This document shows positions 11,517 to 23,198 of a DNA stretch of 42,644 nucleotides, in pieces. The notes beneath the pieces were generated by a model, which was not told the origin of the DNA, ran no database searches, and was given only the letters and a program-made list of their open reading frames with translations. The stretch comes from Atractiella rhizophila (lineage: Eukaryota), in NCBI GenBank assembly GCA_021432655.1, contig MU271575.1, positions 1 to 42,644 of the forward strand, read 5' to 3'. Position 1 is the stretch's first letter; every line of letters starts with the position of its first letter. The translations under genes were made by a program, and so were the position numbers.

Positions 11517-11955
11517 TTTGGGATATCGCTACTGTATACCGACCGGAGAGCTGAGAGGACTTGGAGTTCTGGCGCAAGAGGAACTATTCCAGCTTCAATC
11601 AGAGGCTGTTTATATCACTGTTAAATTGGATTCTTACATTATCATCATGGGAGCTCCAAGACTGTTACCGCAAAGGTTCCAACACCCTACAGACGGAACA
11701 TTTGCGAGTGCTCCGCTTCCGATCCATTTATGTCCTCCGCACGGCCGTCTCGCGATGTCTCAGTCAGCAAACTTGCGTGTGAATTTGGTGTAAAAGCGAA
11801 ACGAAGCGAAGGGCGACAAAACGGACTGGTGACCACCCTTGCCGTGATTGCAACGCTCCTTCTGGTTCTGGTGTATCTTTCAGGCGTCACGTGCAATAGT
11901 GGAGAATCAGCTTACCTGCCAATCCGTAACCATGAACTGATATAAGCTTGACCGT

Positions 11956-13291
11956 TCAGACAACGCAGCATCCAGCCTTCTGATCTTTCTGCAGTTCGCT
12001 CTTCCCTCTACTACTGATGTTCCTTTGCTCCATGAGCGTCGCATATCTCCTAGCATCAGACTCCACCTTCCTTCGCTCACTAGCAATCCATTCCTCTCTT
12101 CGCCAATCGTTCAGTGGCTGAGCTTTCTCTTCGCGAAGTCGTCCATTCCATTCTGCTTCGTAAGTCAATATAATCTCCATCAGTGGTTCATCTTTCGCTC
12201 GTAATCGCCACTCAAGACTTGAAAGCATGGAAAGTTCCATGCCGTTTACTTCGGAGAGGGAAAATATAGTGGAAGCGATAGAGAAACTTTGATTCGTGTA
12301 GCAGTTGTCAATTCTACGCGCAAAGTTATCAATAGAAGCGGAGGGGACCATCCGAGACGCTCACGAATATTTAGAAGCGAGAACCAAGGAGGTAAACACT
12401 GTGCATATTACTTAGATCATACGGGGGATAGGCGGGAAACACATACGCAGTCGATGATGGAAAAAGTTGGGGGTAGGCTTTATAGCGTCGACATAATGTG
12501 TTTCGCTGAGCCGACGTAGGAGATGTAAGGCGTGGAATATAACTGTATCAGGAATAGCTGTGCGGGCTAGGATTCGTGCCTACGTTATGTTTAGAATTGG
12601 GATACAGGGAATGCAATGACGCACAAGCCAAGGAGCAATAGCAGGCTCCTCCTCTTCTGAGTTCTTCAAAATAAATGTGTCGGAAGGTGCGCTTGGTGAT
12701 TCCACATCATCCAGAGGAAACAAGCAAGTGACGCTCTCCTCTGCAAATAAACAGATATCTATTCCTCCCTTCATGTTAAAAATCCAACTCAGGACAAAGG
12801 ACGATTACCTTTCCTCCCGTAGTATTCTGTACGATACAGCATCTTGACAAATTCTATCGATCGTTGATCTGCCTTAATCGCCTCAAGATCAGCGTCCAGG
12901 TCCAGGAGCCATGAATGACCCACCACATTGATTACCAGATATGTATATATGGCACTCCCCCCAAGTTTCCGCCGGAGTGCTTTCGGATGAAAGAATCCAC
13001 AACGCAATCCTTCGGCGTAGGCATCCGGAGGGTCTTCCGATGTTGTCTAAGTTATGAGGTTATATAATGCAATCCACCTCCCCGGCAAGGAGACTTGGGA
13101 GGATCAAGAGAATGTAAGTTTATCCCTTGCCGCTCCCGGGCACGAATGCCTGCGGGCGAGCAGATGATATAGAGCGCGCTTTTACGAAGGGGACCGAGGA
13201 ATCCCTGTGAAGGTGCGATACACATACTGTCAAGTTCTAGTGTCGAGAAGAGGGCCGAGGGCAAGCGGCGGAGGGCTTCCTTCATCCCCAT
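11956..13291 (-). CDS. Pho85-type cyclin (PCL/Pho80 family) with C-terminal CCVV
   Basis: Spliced cyclin box ARILARTAIPDTVIFHALHLLRRL...HHRLLFTSLVLASKYSIDNCYTNQSFS...FSLSEVNGMELSMLSSLEWRL. The 3' half is well supported; 5' exons above ~13000 and the start codon are uncertain. Confidence 0.8.
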
Positions 13292-14140
13292 TTACTGAGG
13301 ATAGCTGTGCGCCCACTCTCCAAGCGGGACGGTTATGGAGGTCACTTCTGGTTATGATGGCCCCATGACAAACAAGATATGGGCTTCTTTCACCCGAGCT
13401 AAAGAATTGTGATATAGTTGCTCACCAATCTGAGGAGAGGAGACCAAGAAACTACCAGCCTAGATCGTTTTTGGTCTTCATGACTAAGGGATGACAGGAG
13501 TCTGACAGAGGCAGAACCTAGCGTGAACGAAAGACAACAGAACTCAAACTTTTAAAGTGAGGCCAAGAGTCGAGGCGGTGGCTCGACATTTTTAAATCCC
13601 TAATTTAGATGTTATGGATGCTGTTTTATTTTATCTTCCAACTTATTATTTTTATCTGTTGAATATTTACAGCTCAAACAATTCTTTTTCTGGTGCAGGG
13701 AGCTACAACGACCTTCTTTGTCGTCGGAACGAGCGCGCATGGGAGAAAATCGAAGGTCTGGTCTCCGAAAGTAGCCTCACTTCTCGCAAGCTCAAAACTC
13801 CTAATGTGCACTCTGCTTTTTCCTTCAATAGTGCTCACATGTGGGCAAGGCCCGTCTGATCGAGTCAAAGGAAGTGAAATCCAGAAAATCAGCTGGGCAG
13901 AAAAGTTTGGCTCCTTTCTACACAAACGAGGAAGGTTGTCTACGAATCAGGAAATGGGAGAGATCTCAATTCGCATAGATCTAAATGCTTGAATGTAGCG
14001 TGGTAGAGATTGTCAGATGAGACATCTCCAACGCGTAGACCCGTCGTGGAAATCCTTTCATGACAGCACTGCTGACGCTTCATGAAGACATAAAGGCACT
14101 TCTCATCTAGGACATTGAGAATCAAAGGCAAGTCAGAACA

Positions 14141-14567
14141 GTGAAAGCCGCCATACTTCCCACAATCCTATCGCCTTTCGTTTGTGGTGCGCTAGTCCTC
14201 GCACCTCCTTATGCACGAGAGATCTCTCGAGAAGCGTAGATATCTCGGTGACTGTTCAGATTATCAATTCGTAGTGAGTAGAATTCGTAATAAGCTCATC
14301 ATGCAGTATCGCAACACGACATACATTTTGCGCGTTCTTTATTTTGTTATCAGCTTCGCAGCTTTCTGGGGTGATCAGAGAGTTTAATTTACGAACCCCA
14401 ATGTAGGGCCGCGCTACAGTCATTACTCTAAGTACAATCCTGTGCCTGCCGGCTTGCCCATTAACACTGTTGTGAGTGGTCTGATCTGCCTTTCGAACAT
14501 TTTTGTCCTAACGATGCAGATGGCCCAGTTTGCGATTAACCTCCGTCTTCCCGATAACGGCTTCTGA
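14141..14567 (+). pseudogene. Possible remnant of a small secreted protein gene
   Basis: Canonical intron 14472-14519 (GTGAGT...CTAAC...CAG) joins PRYSHYSKYNPVPAGLPINTV to MAQFAINLRLPDNGF*. The upstream signal-like stretch KAAILPTILSPFVCGALVLA starts at GTG, and a LEKR lies in a shifted frame. Confidence 0.25.
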
Positions 14568-15511
14568 GAAAGCCCAGACTTGGATCATTGAAATGAGTAT
14601 ACTATCAATGGATTTCCCGGGAAGCTTGTGCGCATCTCCATCACATTTGCTGTAGGGGTAATCTATAACAACACGGCACAGAGACTGGGCTTGTCCCCAG
14701 GCTGGGACGTCGAAATGACGCGTAGTGGTGAAATTTATATTGAAGACTGCTATATTGTGGATGAGTGTACGTGTTCAATGGTCTGTTTATTCGCCCCATC
14801 ATGAGGGAACGCAGTTGCGTGCAAGGTTCTTTGCAATCCTGGTGAATGTTGATAAGTAGGAAGAGACAATCTATCCACTGGTTCGTTCTTCCCATAAATG
14901 GAATTCAGTCAAGGTATGCTATTCGAGCCCTTTCTTTGCGGCCCGGAACATTCAGAGGTGAAGCAAGCACAAACCCCTTCCTGCAGACATCACTCACAGG
15001 GACCTAGCAAGTGTGATCCAATCATCCAACTGTCAACCCTCCTTCACTCTTTACGCTCCTTTCCTTCGTAATATAGTCAGCAACTTGTCCCACAACCCAG
15101 CCAAAAGAACAGGGAAATAAAAAAGGTTCCGTCCTCCGACCCAATGGCAAATATCGGGCAAATAGGTGGAGCAACTGGAGTCAAAAATGAACGTTTGGAG
15201 TGAATGGTGTTGCAGTGATTCGTTGTTCCCTCTTTTGGGAAGCATCACCCTCTCCTTTCCTCATCTCCAACCTTCCACGTCAGTGGGATATGAATGTCAT
15301 TCTTTGTCACGGTTTACCATGAAACCATCCCACAAACCAACCACAAATCCCTAAGAATGGATAAACGATAAATAGGTAGTTACAAAGTAATCTGTAGAGT
15401 ATATGGCGCGTATGATCGAGGCATAAAAACGAACACAAATGGCGGGTAAATCTCAAATACACTTCCGATATACAAAGTTAAGGAATTCAAATTCTATGCA
15501 AGGAGAAGCGA

Positions 15512-17447
15512 TCAGTTCCCTTGATACGAAGACTTCTCGTTAATCGTGAGGGCATGTGGGACGGTGTATTTGTCGTTAGGTGCAACCGAGTTGGTGCCAT
15601 AATCAATATCGATGTCTTCAGATGGTATGTGGTTCGGGAACTTGGGGAGCTGGCCAAAATGCTACGTTAGTATCGCTTATGTGGAAATGCAGAAAATTTT
15701 ACATCGACGTGAGTTGCTGAAGAGAGAAAGAGTCAGATGAGGGCACGAAAGATGACATGAAAACACACTAGTTTCCGTTCGCACTTGCACACCGCCTAGT
15801 TCCAAGTCATCCTACGCAGAAAACGTCAGGATCGAATTTTAGCCAGAAGAGGTAACATACCCTCTTCCTGCCTGCAACACGCCCTGTCTTGTGTGTCTGG
15901 CCCGTCTGAGAATTTGAAGTCGTCATCCCGTGCGCCCGGACAATATGCTTCCTAGTGTTGATGACATACATCATCGTCACCTATCCAGACTTCAGCCTTG
16001 CTTCCTTGAAACTTCCAAAAACTTACTGCATATAACCTAAATGTCGATTTAGAAGCGATGGTGTAAGCACACTATACAATAAGTAGAGGAGGATTACAAA
16101 CCGAGGAAGGGCTTGATTGAAAATCTGTGATGTAAGGTTTTGAGTACCATCATATGCTTGAGAAAATGCTGCAGAAAACCGACAAATGAGAAGTGTCAGA
16201 AGATCTACGGTTATACACGTACCGAGATTGATGATAGCAAAAATGGCTGGGGGTATCGCGCATTGAACAGCTAGTTTTGTGAGAGCAGATAAAACGTTGT
16301 GAGTTCTGAACCGCAGTTTCTGCTTAGCTATCCCGTTCACAGAAAAGGAGAGCTTACTGAGGCATGACATTCTTTTTTGTCTTTAGAAGAGAATATGCGG
16401 TGGCAGCCGCTATAAGGACATCCCTTCAATGGCGTCAGACAACAGGAAGGAACGGGGGAGAGAGAAAACACACGTAACGACAACACCAGCGTAATGTCCA
16501 GCGTACCACGATGCGATGTGAGTGAAATCGGCTGCCGCGATATTTCGAGTCTGAAAGGAGTATTAGTATTAAACCTCTGAGCAGCATCAAATTTCGTACC
16601 GCAACACAGACAAAAATGAAAGAAAATGCTAAGACGGCCGATATCGACACCACAAAGATCCACGAGAGGTACTTCCACTGCCTGCTGACGATGTACAACC
16701 TAGTGGCCCTCTGAGCTAAAATTTCGAGTTCCTCTGAAGAGGACAAACCGATAAATGAGATAAATTTGAACATATGCTGAAGTGGCGGCGTCCTATGGGT
16801 TGCTTTAGTTCACAAGGGTAGTGCGTAGTGGGTGAGCCAACGTACAATGAGCGTGAAGCCTATTTGCCACCATACACTGCATATCGTGAGCTTGATTGGC
16901 AAGTAGGTGGGACACGCACGTGTATGAGAGGTTGATGGCCCCTGGCAGATCCGTAAACCACAAAACAAACTACGTTGGGGGACATTGTGTTAGACTGGCG
17001 AGTGAAGGATAATGAAGCCTAACCTGGATATAATTTGTGGCTGGCAACCACATCAGCCAAATCATCCCACATCAAATGAGGAAAAGACGAACCAGCTGAA
17101 TGTATTGTTTTTAAAAAGTGAACGACACCCAAACCATAGACGACTGACTTGAACCACAACTTGTCGTCCTTATAATACGTGAAATATGACCATTGCTGAA
17201 ATGCCGGTCAAACCCAAGGCCTCATACCGTTCATGGGAGCGACTAACCTGTGATACAAAAATGCCGTAAAGAATCATGTCGATGATCAGACCGATCATCT
17301 TCAAATCAGGTCAGCTCTGTCGATGAAACTGAAGCATGTTAGACTTGCCCATGGTCCTACCTTTCTTCTTCAGCCAGACTAGACTTAGGTTCGAAGGAAC
17401 TGCTCACCCAAAAGGTCTACTGCCATCTTGTACTCCTGCTCCGTCAT
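15512..17447 (-). CDS. Multi-pass membrane protein, DUF6534-like basidiomycete family (paralogue 1)
   Basis: Spliced N-terminus MTEQEYKMAVDLLGPWMIGLIIDMILYGIFVSQQWSYFTYYKDDKLWFK; later LTKLAVQCAIPPAIFAIINL and LPRLYAVTMMYVINTR; tail DDLELGGVQVRTET. More than ten introns, with an 8-nt exon (17349-17356) followed by a GC-AG intron. Confidence 0.8.
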
Positions 17448-20011
17448 GTTTGGTGAATGGTAAGGCATCTTGATTGACTGTCGATCTCTCACCCACCGCA
17501 GTGTCGTCTGGGTAAAATTTGCTTTCGTGAGACCTGAGCTCTTTTATGATCTCAGCCATGTTTGGTCGTCCGGGAGCATAGCAGCGTTGATTGAACAAAA
17601 CAACCGGGCCATGCGTGGACGGAAGGGAGCAGAGATGTGGGTGGAAACCGAAATCGAGAACGAGCCAACGGTGCCAGATATCCGCAGCTACGACGGCAAA
17701 AGCTCTGATCCCATCTCAGTTCCTGTGTTTTCGTCATCGAGCGAGTCCGGAATGTTTATGACCGAAAGCCTGGAAGCTGAGTTGGAGCTCTTGGAGGATG
17801 GAATTCGATGGAATACTGGAAGGTCAAGAAAGTTCTTACGGGTGAGTTACCAGGCGTCTCCCGCTTTCCTGGACGCGACTCAAAAGGGCAGAAGTTTCAG
17901 AAGCCTGAGCACGAATATTCCATGCGTAGCGACAACTGTTGCTTTCGTCGCTTCCTCGGCGCTCTGAAGAAGTGGAAACAAGCAATACCGTACGCTTGAT
18001 ACCGCAGGCAGGCGTACGTTGCCAAAGTCGTCCGACTTCTTTATTAAATTTGGGACTTGAAATGTGTCCGTGGGACCAGGTACTCCCTCTCCCTTTTCCA
18101 AGCAGAGGTATCAAAGGTAGCGGTTAACTAGTAATAGACGAACCAAGTCCCTTCTTATTCCTGCTATCGTACAACTGCCGTCCCCAAATTTTAAGGACTC
18201 TAAAATACAGCATTTAAACTGGATTGAAATATAGGTAGGTTAATGACGAAAAGACGATCGAACGGATCCTCCAATTAAGAAAAAGAAAGAGCTGAACGTT
18301 GAGTCAGATCGAATTGTCCTTGAGGGTGAGATGATGTGAGGCTGAAGGAAGGTGCTTGCGATGCTGCATAAGTGGTTAGAGGGCTGAATTTTCTCGCTCG
18401 ACATGATGGTGATCAATCGATGGAGCGACTGGGTAAAGCTGAAGGATTGCACTGAACGACTGTGATTGTATGAGCGACTGCGTGACGGGTCGTAGTAGTG
18501 TTTATCGTGTCGAAGAAGGACTGAACGGAGCACTGAAGACTTGCGTTTCTCCAAAAGTAGGCCGACAACTCAGGAAGCCATGGGATCCTATTCCCTATAA
18601 TTTGCCCCGTTATACGCCGAAGCGTCCTACAAAACCAAGTTAAGGACATAACACCTCAGTTGAAGGAAAGGGTACGCACCACCCAACTCGACTGATCCCT
18701 GCTGCCATCCCTCCTTCTCACAGGCGCTGGAGGCGGGGGACCGGGTGGAGGGGCGAAGGTGACGTTCCCTCGCGAAGCGGGAGGGACGTTCCCAAACTGT
18801 TGTTGGAACTGCTGTCCTTCCGCGCTGTGTATCCGCTGGGATCCATGCCGGTTCAAGCCTCTCGCACGATTAAGGATCGAACGTCCGCGTCCAAAGTTCC
18901 CTGCAGCCGCCATGGGTGGTTGCCGCTGTTGAGTTTGGTAAGGCGAGCGACGACGTCCGAAGAAGATACAACGGAGGCAGGAGAAGATGGTAAGGAGGAC
19001 GATAATGCCAGCTACGACTGTGACCGGAATGGCAATTTCTGTTTACACATCGAAATGTCAACAATCGATCACCGGAATTTCAAGATAAGGGATAGTGAGC
19101 ACGTACGCAAATTCTGCGTATACCACCCCTTCGCGACATCCAACCAATTTCCTTCTTTACACTTCCCACTTTGACAAGTTCCCGCATACCCACATTCCGT
19201 TCCATCTCTGAAATTGGACTCGAGGAGAACACAATCGCTGTTTGTGTCAGGGTCGGCACAAGTGACCTGACAACTGCTGCTCGTCCTCCCAGAACAACTC
19301 TTCGTAATCCCCAGGCTTCCACCTTGAGCAGCACACTGCTGATCCCTGCTCGTACACAACCCGCTCGCACACTGTAATCCACTACCACACGACGTCTTGT
19401 CCTTCACAAAGGTATCCTCTGGACAGGTGGCATTGAATCCAGTGCAAGTCTCAGCAATGTCACACCGGCTGTCGATCGATGGACGACAGACTGTACCGTT
19501 CGAAGCGAAGGCGCAGGAATCAGTACAGCATGCGCTATTCAATGGATCGCAGACGGAAGATGAGGTGAAGCGACAGGTAGAGGAATTGCAACATGGGCTA
19601 TCGACTCCGCCTGTGTCGCAGTCTTCTCCCGGTTCAACGATCCCGTTACCGCATTGTTGGAGAGAGAGCGTCGTGCGAGATCCGGGAGGAGACAGACAGG
19701 TGGTATTGAGCGAGTTTGAGATCGTGGAGCCTTTCCATTCAATCCAGATCAACATCCCAGCTTCCCACATGGACAGTTGACAAGAGAGAAGGGAAACTCA
19801 CAAACATTCCCAATGCTACACTGACTGAAGCTCGTCACATTCTGCGTACTAACGGGCGACATGATGAAGGCGTCATTAGCGTTACAGGTGCTGGTGGTGA
19901 GAGGACAGCAACTCTGCGTGAGTGTACAACCGTCCGTGCAGTCGTGGATGGCACCAAAATTGTGTCCAACCTCGTGCGCGACGACCTGCCACTCATTCCT
20001 CGTGATGGCAG

Positions 20012-21305
20012 CTCCTCTTCCGTCTCCTCATCCTCAGCCTCTCCATCCTCCACTCTTCCACACCCACATCTTCTCCCCTCCTCCTCTTCTCATACCTGTC
20101 TAAATGAGCCACATGTTTAACCTCCCTCCCTTGCTCTTTCCAACTACCCTCAATGCTCAGTCCTTCATCCCAATCACCCACTCCCTCTCCAGGATGAGAA
20201 ACCACGATCCTCGCCCAACCCTCTTCATCAGATCTCCACAACCCCACCTCTTCCTCCGTCTCCCACACCATTCTTTCTTCCTCTTCTCCGACGCCAAAAG
20301 AAGCAACATGTCCCTCAAAAACCAAAACGTGCTCACGAGAAAGCCATCGCACTTCTTCGTACCCCACAGAAGGATCTAAAGGATCCAAGACCCGCGTGAC
20401 GCTCTTGATGCCTCCGATGTGAGAGGGAAAGAACCCTTCCGTCGGTTTCAGGGAGAGGACGGTCGTTCGTCCTTCGGTGGGTAGGTGGAAGGAGAGGAGG
20501 AAACGGGAGTCATGCGCTATCTCGAGGGGGTGGTCGGAAAATGGTGATGGTGAGGATGACGAAGAAGAAGAATAAGATGAAGAAGATGGGAGATGGCGGA
20601 TGGATAGCGAGGATGAGGACGGATGATGGATCCGCCGGAGGGGTGGAGGAGCGAGGGAGGAAGAGAGGACTGGGAGGAGGAAGTCGAGGATGAGTAGGAG
20701 GGATAGTTGCATCTCCCTTCCTTTATGCTATTGGATTGGATAGATGAAGGGGATAGCTGGACTGGGAGAAGAAAGGAAGGCTTATCAGCACCCGGCCAGC
20801 GCAGCAGCACGTCCTCCACCCTCTCACATCCGCACTCCTCTCCGATGCCGACGGGGGGAAGGAAAGAAAACGCTCACCTCTTCTCTATTGCAATAAGCCA
20901 AAGCGAGCTTACAGCTCCACAATAAGTAGGGTACGATGTCGACCGCCAAGCCTTCCCGGTGACGGGTTGCACTTGCTGAACAAGCACGACGTGCTCTACG
21001 CTCTGGACGATGGGCGATATCGTAAAAGCCAGTAAATTAGAAATAGAAGTCGCTCTGCGGCTCCACTATGCTATCCTATCCAACCGAACGCTTGACTGTT
21101 GCAGATACTTGTTGATGAAGTTGTAAGTATCGACGGGTATCGTGTGCTCGAATGGAAGGCGCAGGGAGAGAGGCGATGTGAGAGAAAGTGAAAATGAAGG
21201 GGAAAGGGAAGGGGCAGAGGCAGAAGAGCGCAGAAGAGAAGGCAAGGTGCTGCTGGTCGTTGAGCGAGTGAAGCCGAGGGGCGGATGCATGAACATACCG
21301 ACGAA
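20012..21305. repeat. Direct repeat copy 2 (~1.3 kb): ADAM upstream region, 5' UTR and first ~233 codons
   Basis: Near-identical to 21901-23198 (offset 1889 in the CDS, 1893 upstream of a small indel); 6 amino-acid differences in the shared coding part plus synonymous changes. Confidence 0.97.
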
Positions 21306-21523
21306 ACCAACGAATACCGTCATTCTTTCCGCTTTGGGGCAGCCAGTTGTGGAACCTATCGAGCCTATAAAGTTGCCTGAGACGCCCGATCCACCTGAGA
21401 TGTCCCCTTGTCGTTTACGGAGGGAGGAGGAGGGTGAGAGTGAGAAATCGAAGGGGGGATACGCTGGTGGATACGATGGATCACGCATGGCGCCGAGGGC
21501 CAAAAACTGGTCTTCAGTCGCGC

Positions 21524-21815
21524 AGCTCCTCTCCTTGAGTTGTGTCGTCTCGCCACCATCGCCGGGCCCCACACCCTCCCAACCAGTCGAAGGTCTTATA
21601 TCCCCATCCGTATCTTGAGAGCTCCTCTTCCTCGATGCCGTCGTCTCACCACCATCGCCAGGTCCAACACCTTCCCACCCGGTCGATGGTCGTATGTCCC
21701 CGTCGGTGTCTTGCGAGCTCCTCTGCCTAAATTTCGAGCTCTCACCACCACCACCACTGCCATTGCCGGGTCCAACGCCTTCCCAACCATTCGACGGTCT
21801 TATATCTCCCGTCGC
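21524..21815 (-). repeat. Three tandem coding repeats (~96-bp period) in the ADAM prodomain
   Basis: GDIRPS(N/T)GWEGVGPG(N/D)G occurs three times; the plus-strand motif agctcctct recurs at 21524, 21620 and 21716 (96-nt period). Confidence 0.92.
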
Positions 21816-21900
21816 GTCGCCATCCTTATCCTTATCACAATCCGCGTCCGAATAAACGACCAATCCCTCCTCCAGTTCTCTAATCGCCCAATCCTCTCCA

Positions 21901-23198
21901 CTCCTCTTCCGTCTCGTCATCCTCAACCTCTCCATCCTCCACTCTTCCACACCCACATCTTCTCCCCTCCTCCTCTTCTCATACCTGTCTAAATGAGCCA
22001 CATGTTTCACATCCCTCCCTTCTTCTTTCCAACTACCCTCAATGCTCAGACCTTCATCCCAATCACCCACTCCCCCTCCAGGATGAGAAACCACGATCCT
22101 CGCCCAACCCTCTTCATCAGATCTCCACAACCCCACCTCTTCCTCCGCCTCCCACATCATTCTTTCTTCCTCTTCTCCGACGCCAAAAGAAGCCACATGT
22201 CCCTCAAAAACCAATACGTGCTCACGAGAAAGCCATCGCACTTCTTCGTACCCCACAGAAGGATCTAAAGGATCCAAGACCCTCGTGACGCTCTTGATGC
22301 CTCCGATGTGAGAGGGAAAGAACCCTTCCGTCGGTTTCAGGGAGAGGACCGTGGTTCGTCCTTCGGTGGGTAGGTGGAAGGAGAGGAGGAAACGGGAGTC
22401 ATGCGCTATCTCGAGGGGGTGGTCGGAAAATGGTGATGGTGAGGATGACGAAGAAGAAGAATAAGATGAAGAAGAGGGGAGATGGCGGATGGAGAGCGAG
22501 GATGAGGACGGATGATGGATCCGCCGGAGGGGTGGAGGAGCGAGGGAGGAAGAGAGGACTGGGAGGAGGAAGTCGAGGATGAGTAGGAGGGATAGTTGCA
22601 TCTCCCTTCCCTTATGTTATTGGATTGGATGGGATAGATGAAGGGGATCGCTGGACTGGAAGAAGAAAGGAAGGCTTATCAGCACCCGGCCAGCGCAGCA
22701 GCACGTCCTCCACTCTCTCACATCCGCACTCCTCTCCGATGCCGACGGGGGAAAGGCAAGAAACGCTCACCTTTTCTCTATTGCAATAAGCCAAAGAGAG
22801 CTTACAGCTGCACAATAAGTAGGGTACGATGTCGACCGCCAAGCCTTCCCGGTGACGGGTTGCGCTTGCTGAACAAGCACGACGTGCTCTACGCTCTGGA
22901 CGATGGGCGAGATCGTAAAAGCCAGTAAATTAGAAATAGAAGTCGCTCTGCGGCTCCACTATGCTATCCTGTCCAACCGAACGCTTGACTGTTGAAGATA
23001 CTTGTTGATGAAGTTGTAAGTATCGACGGGTATCGTGTGCTCGAATGGAAGGCGCAGGGAGAGTGGCGATGTGAGAGAAAGTGAAAATGAAGGGGAAAGG
23101 GAAGGGGCAGAGGCAGAAGAGCGCAGAAGAGAAGGCAAGGTGCTGCTGGTCGTTGAGCGAGTGAAGCCGAGGGGCGGATGCATGAACATACCGACGAA
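21901..23198. repeat. Direct repeat copy 1 (~1.3 kb) of the ADAM 5' region
   Basis: Near-identical to 20012-21305; the copies are separated by 595 bp of unique prodomain sequence (21306-21900). Confidence 0.97.

Larger units (their letters stand above)
18588..22601 (-). pseudogene. ADAM-family (reprolysin/disintegrin) metalloprotease locus, disrupted as assembled
   Basis: Signal peptide and prodomain 22601-21300; zinc motif NEWQVVAHEVGHNFGAIHDC (~20000-19940) and Met-turn FIMSP; disintegrin CGNGIVEPGEDCD; Cys-rich domain; TM IAIPVTVVAGIIVLLTIF; ends WVDASAYNGANYRE* at 18588. The region between VFVGFV and AITRNEW is absent, and the second 5' copy joins the catalytic exon out of frame. Confidence 0.85.

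Noticed and set aside
17560..18114. Minus-strand fragments with VVATHGIFVLRLL and ENTG, reminiscent of a histidine phosphatase
   Set aside because: No RHG motif, several stops and no consistent exon chain; too weak to call even as a pseudogene.
20012..23198. Direct repeats as possible LTRs of a retroelement
   Set aside because: The repeats are ADAM promoter and coding sequence; no TG...CA ends, target-site duplication or gag/pol between them.
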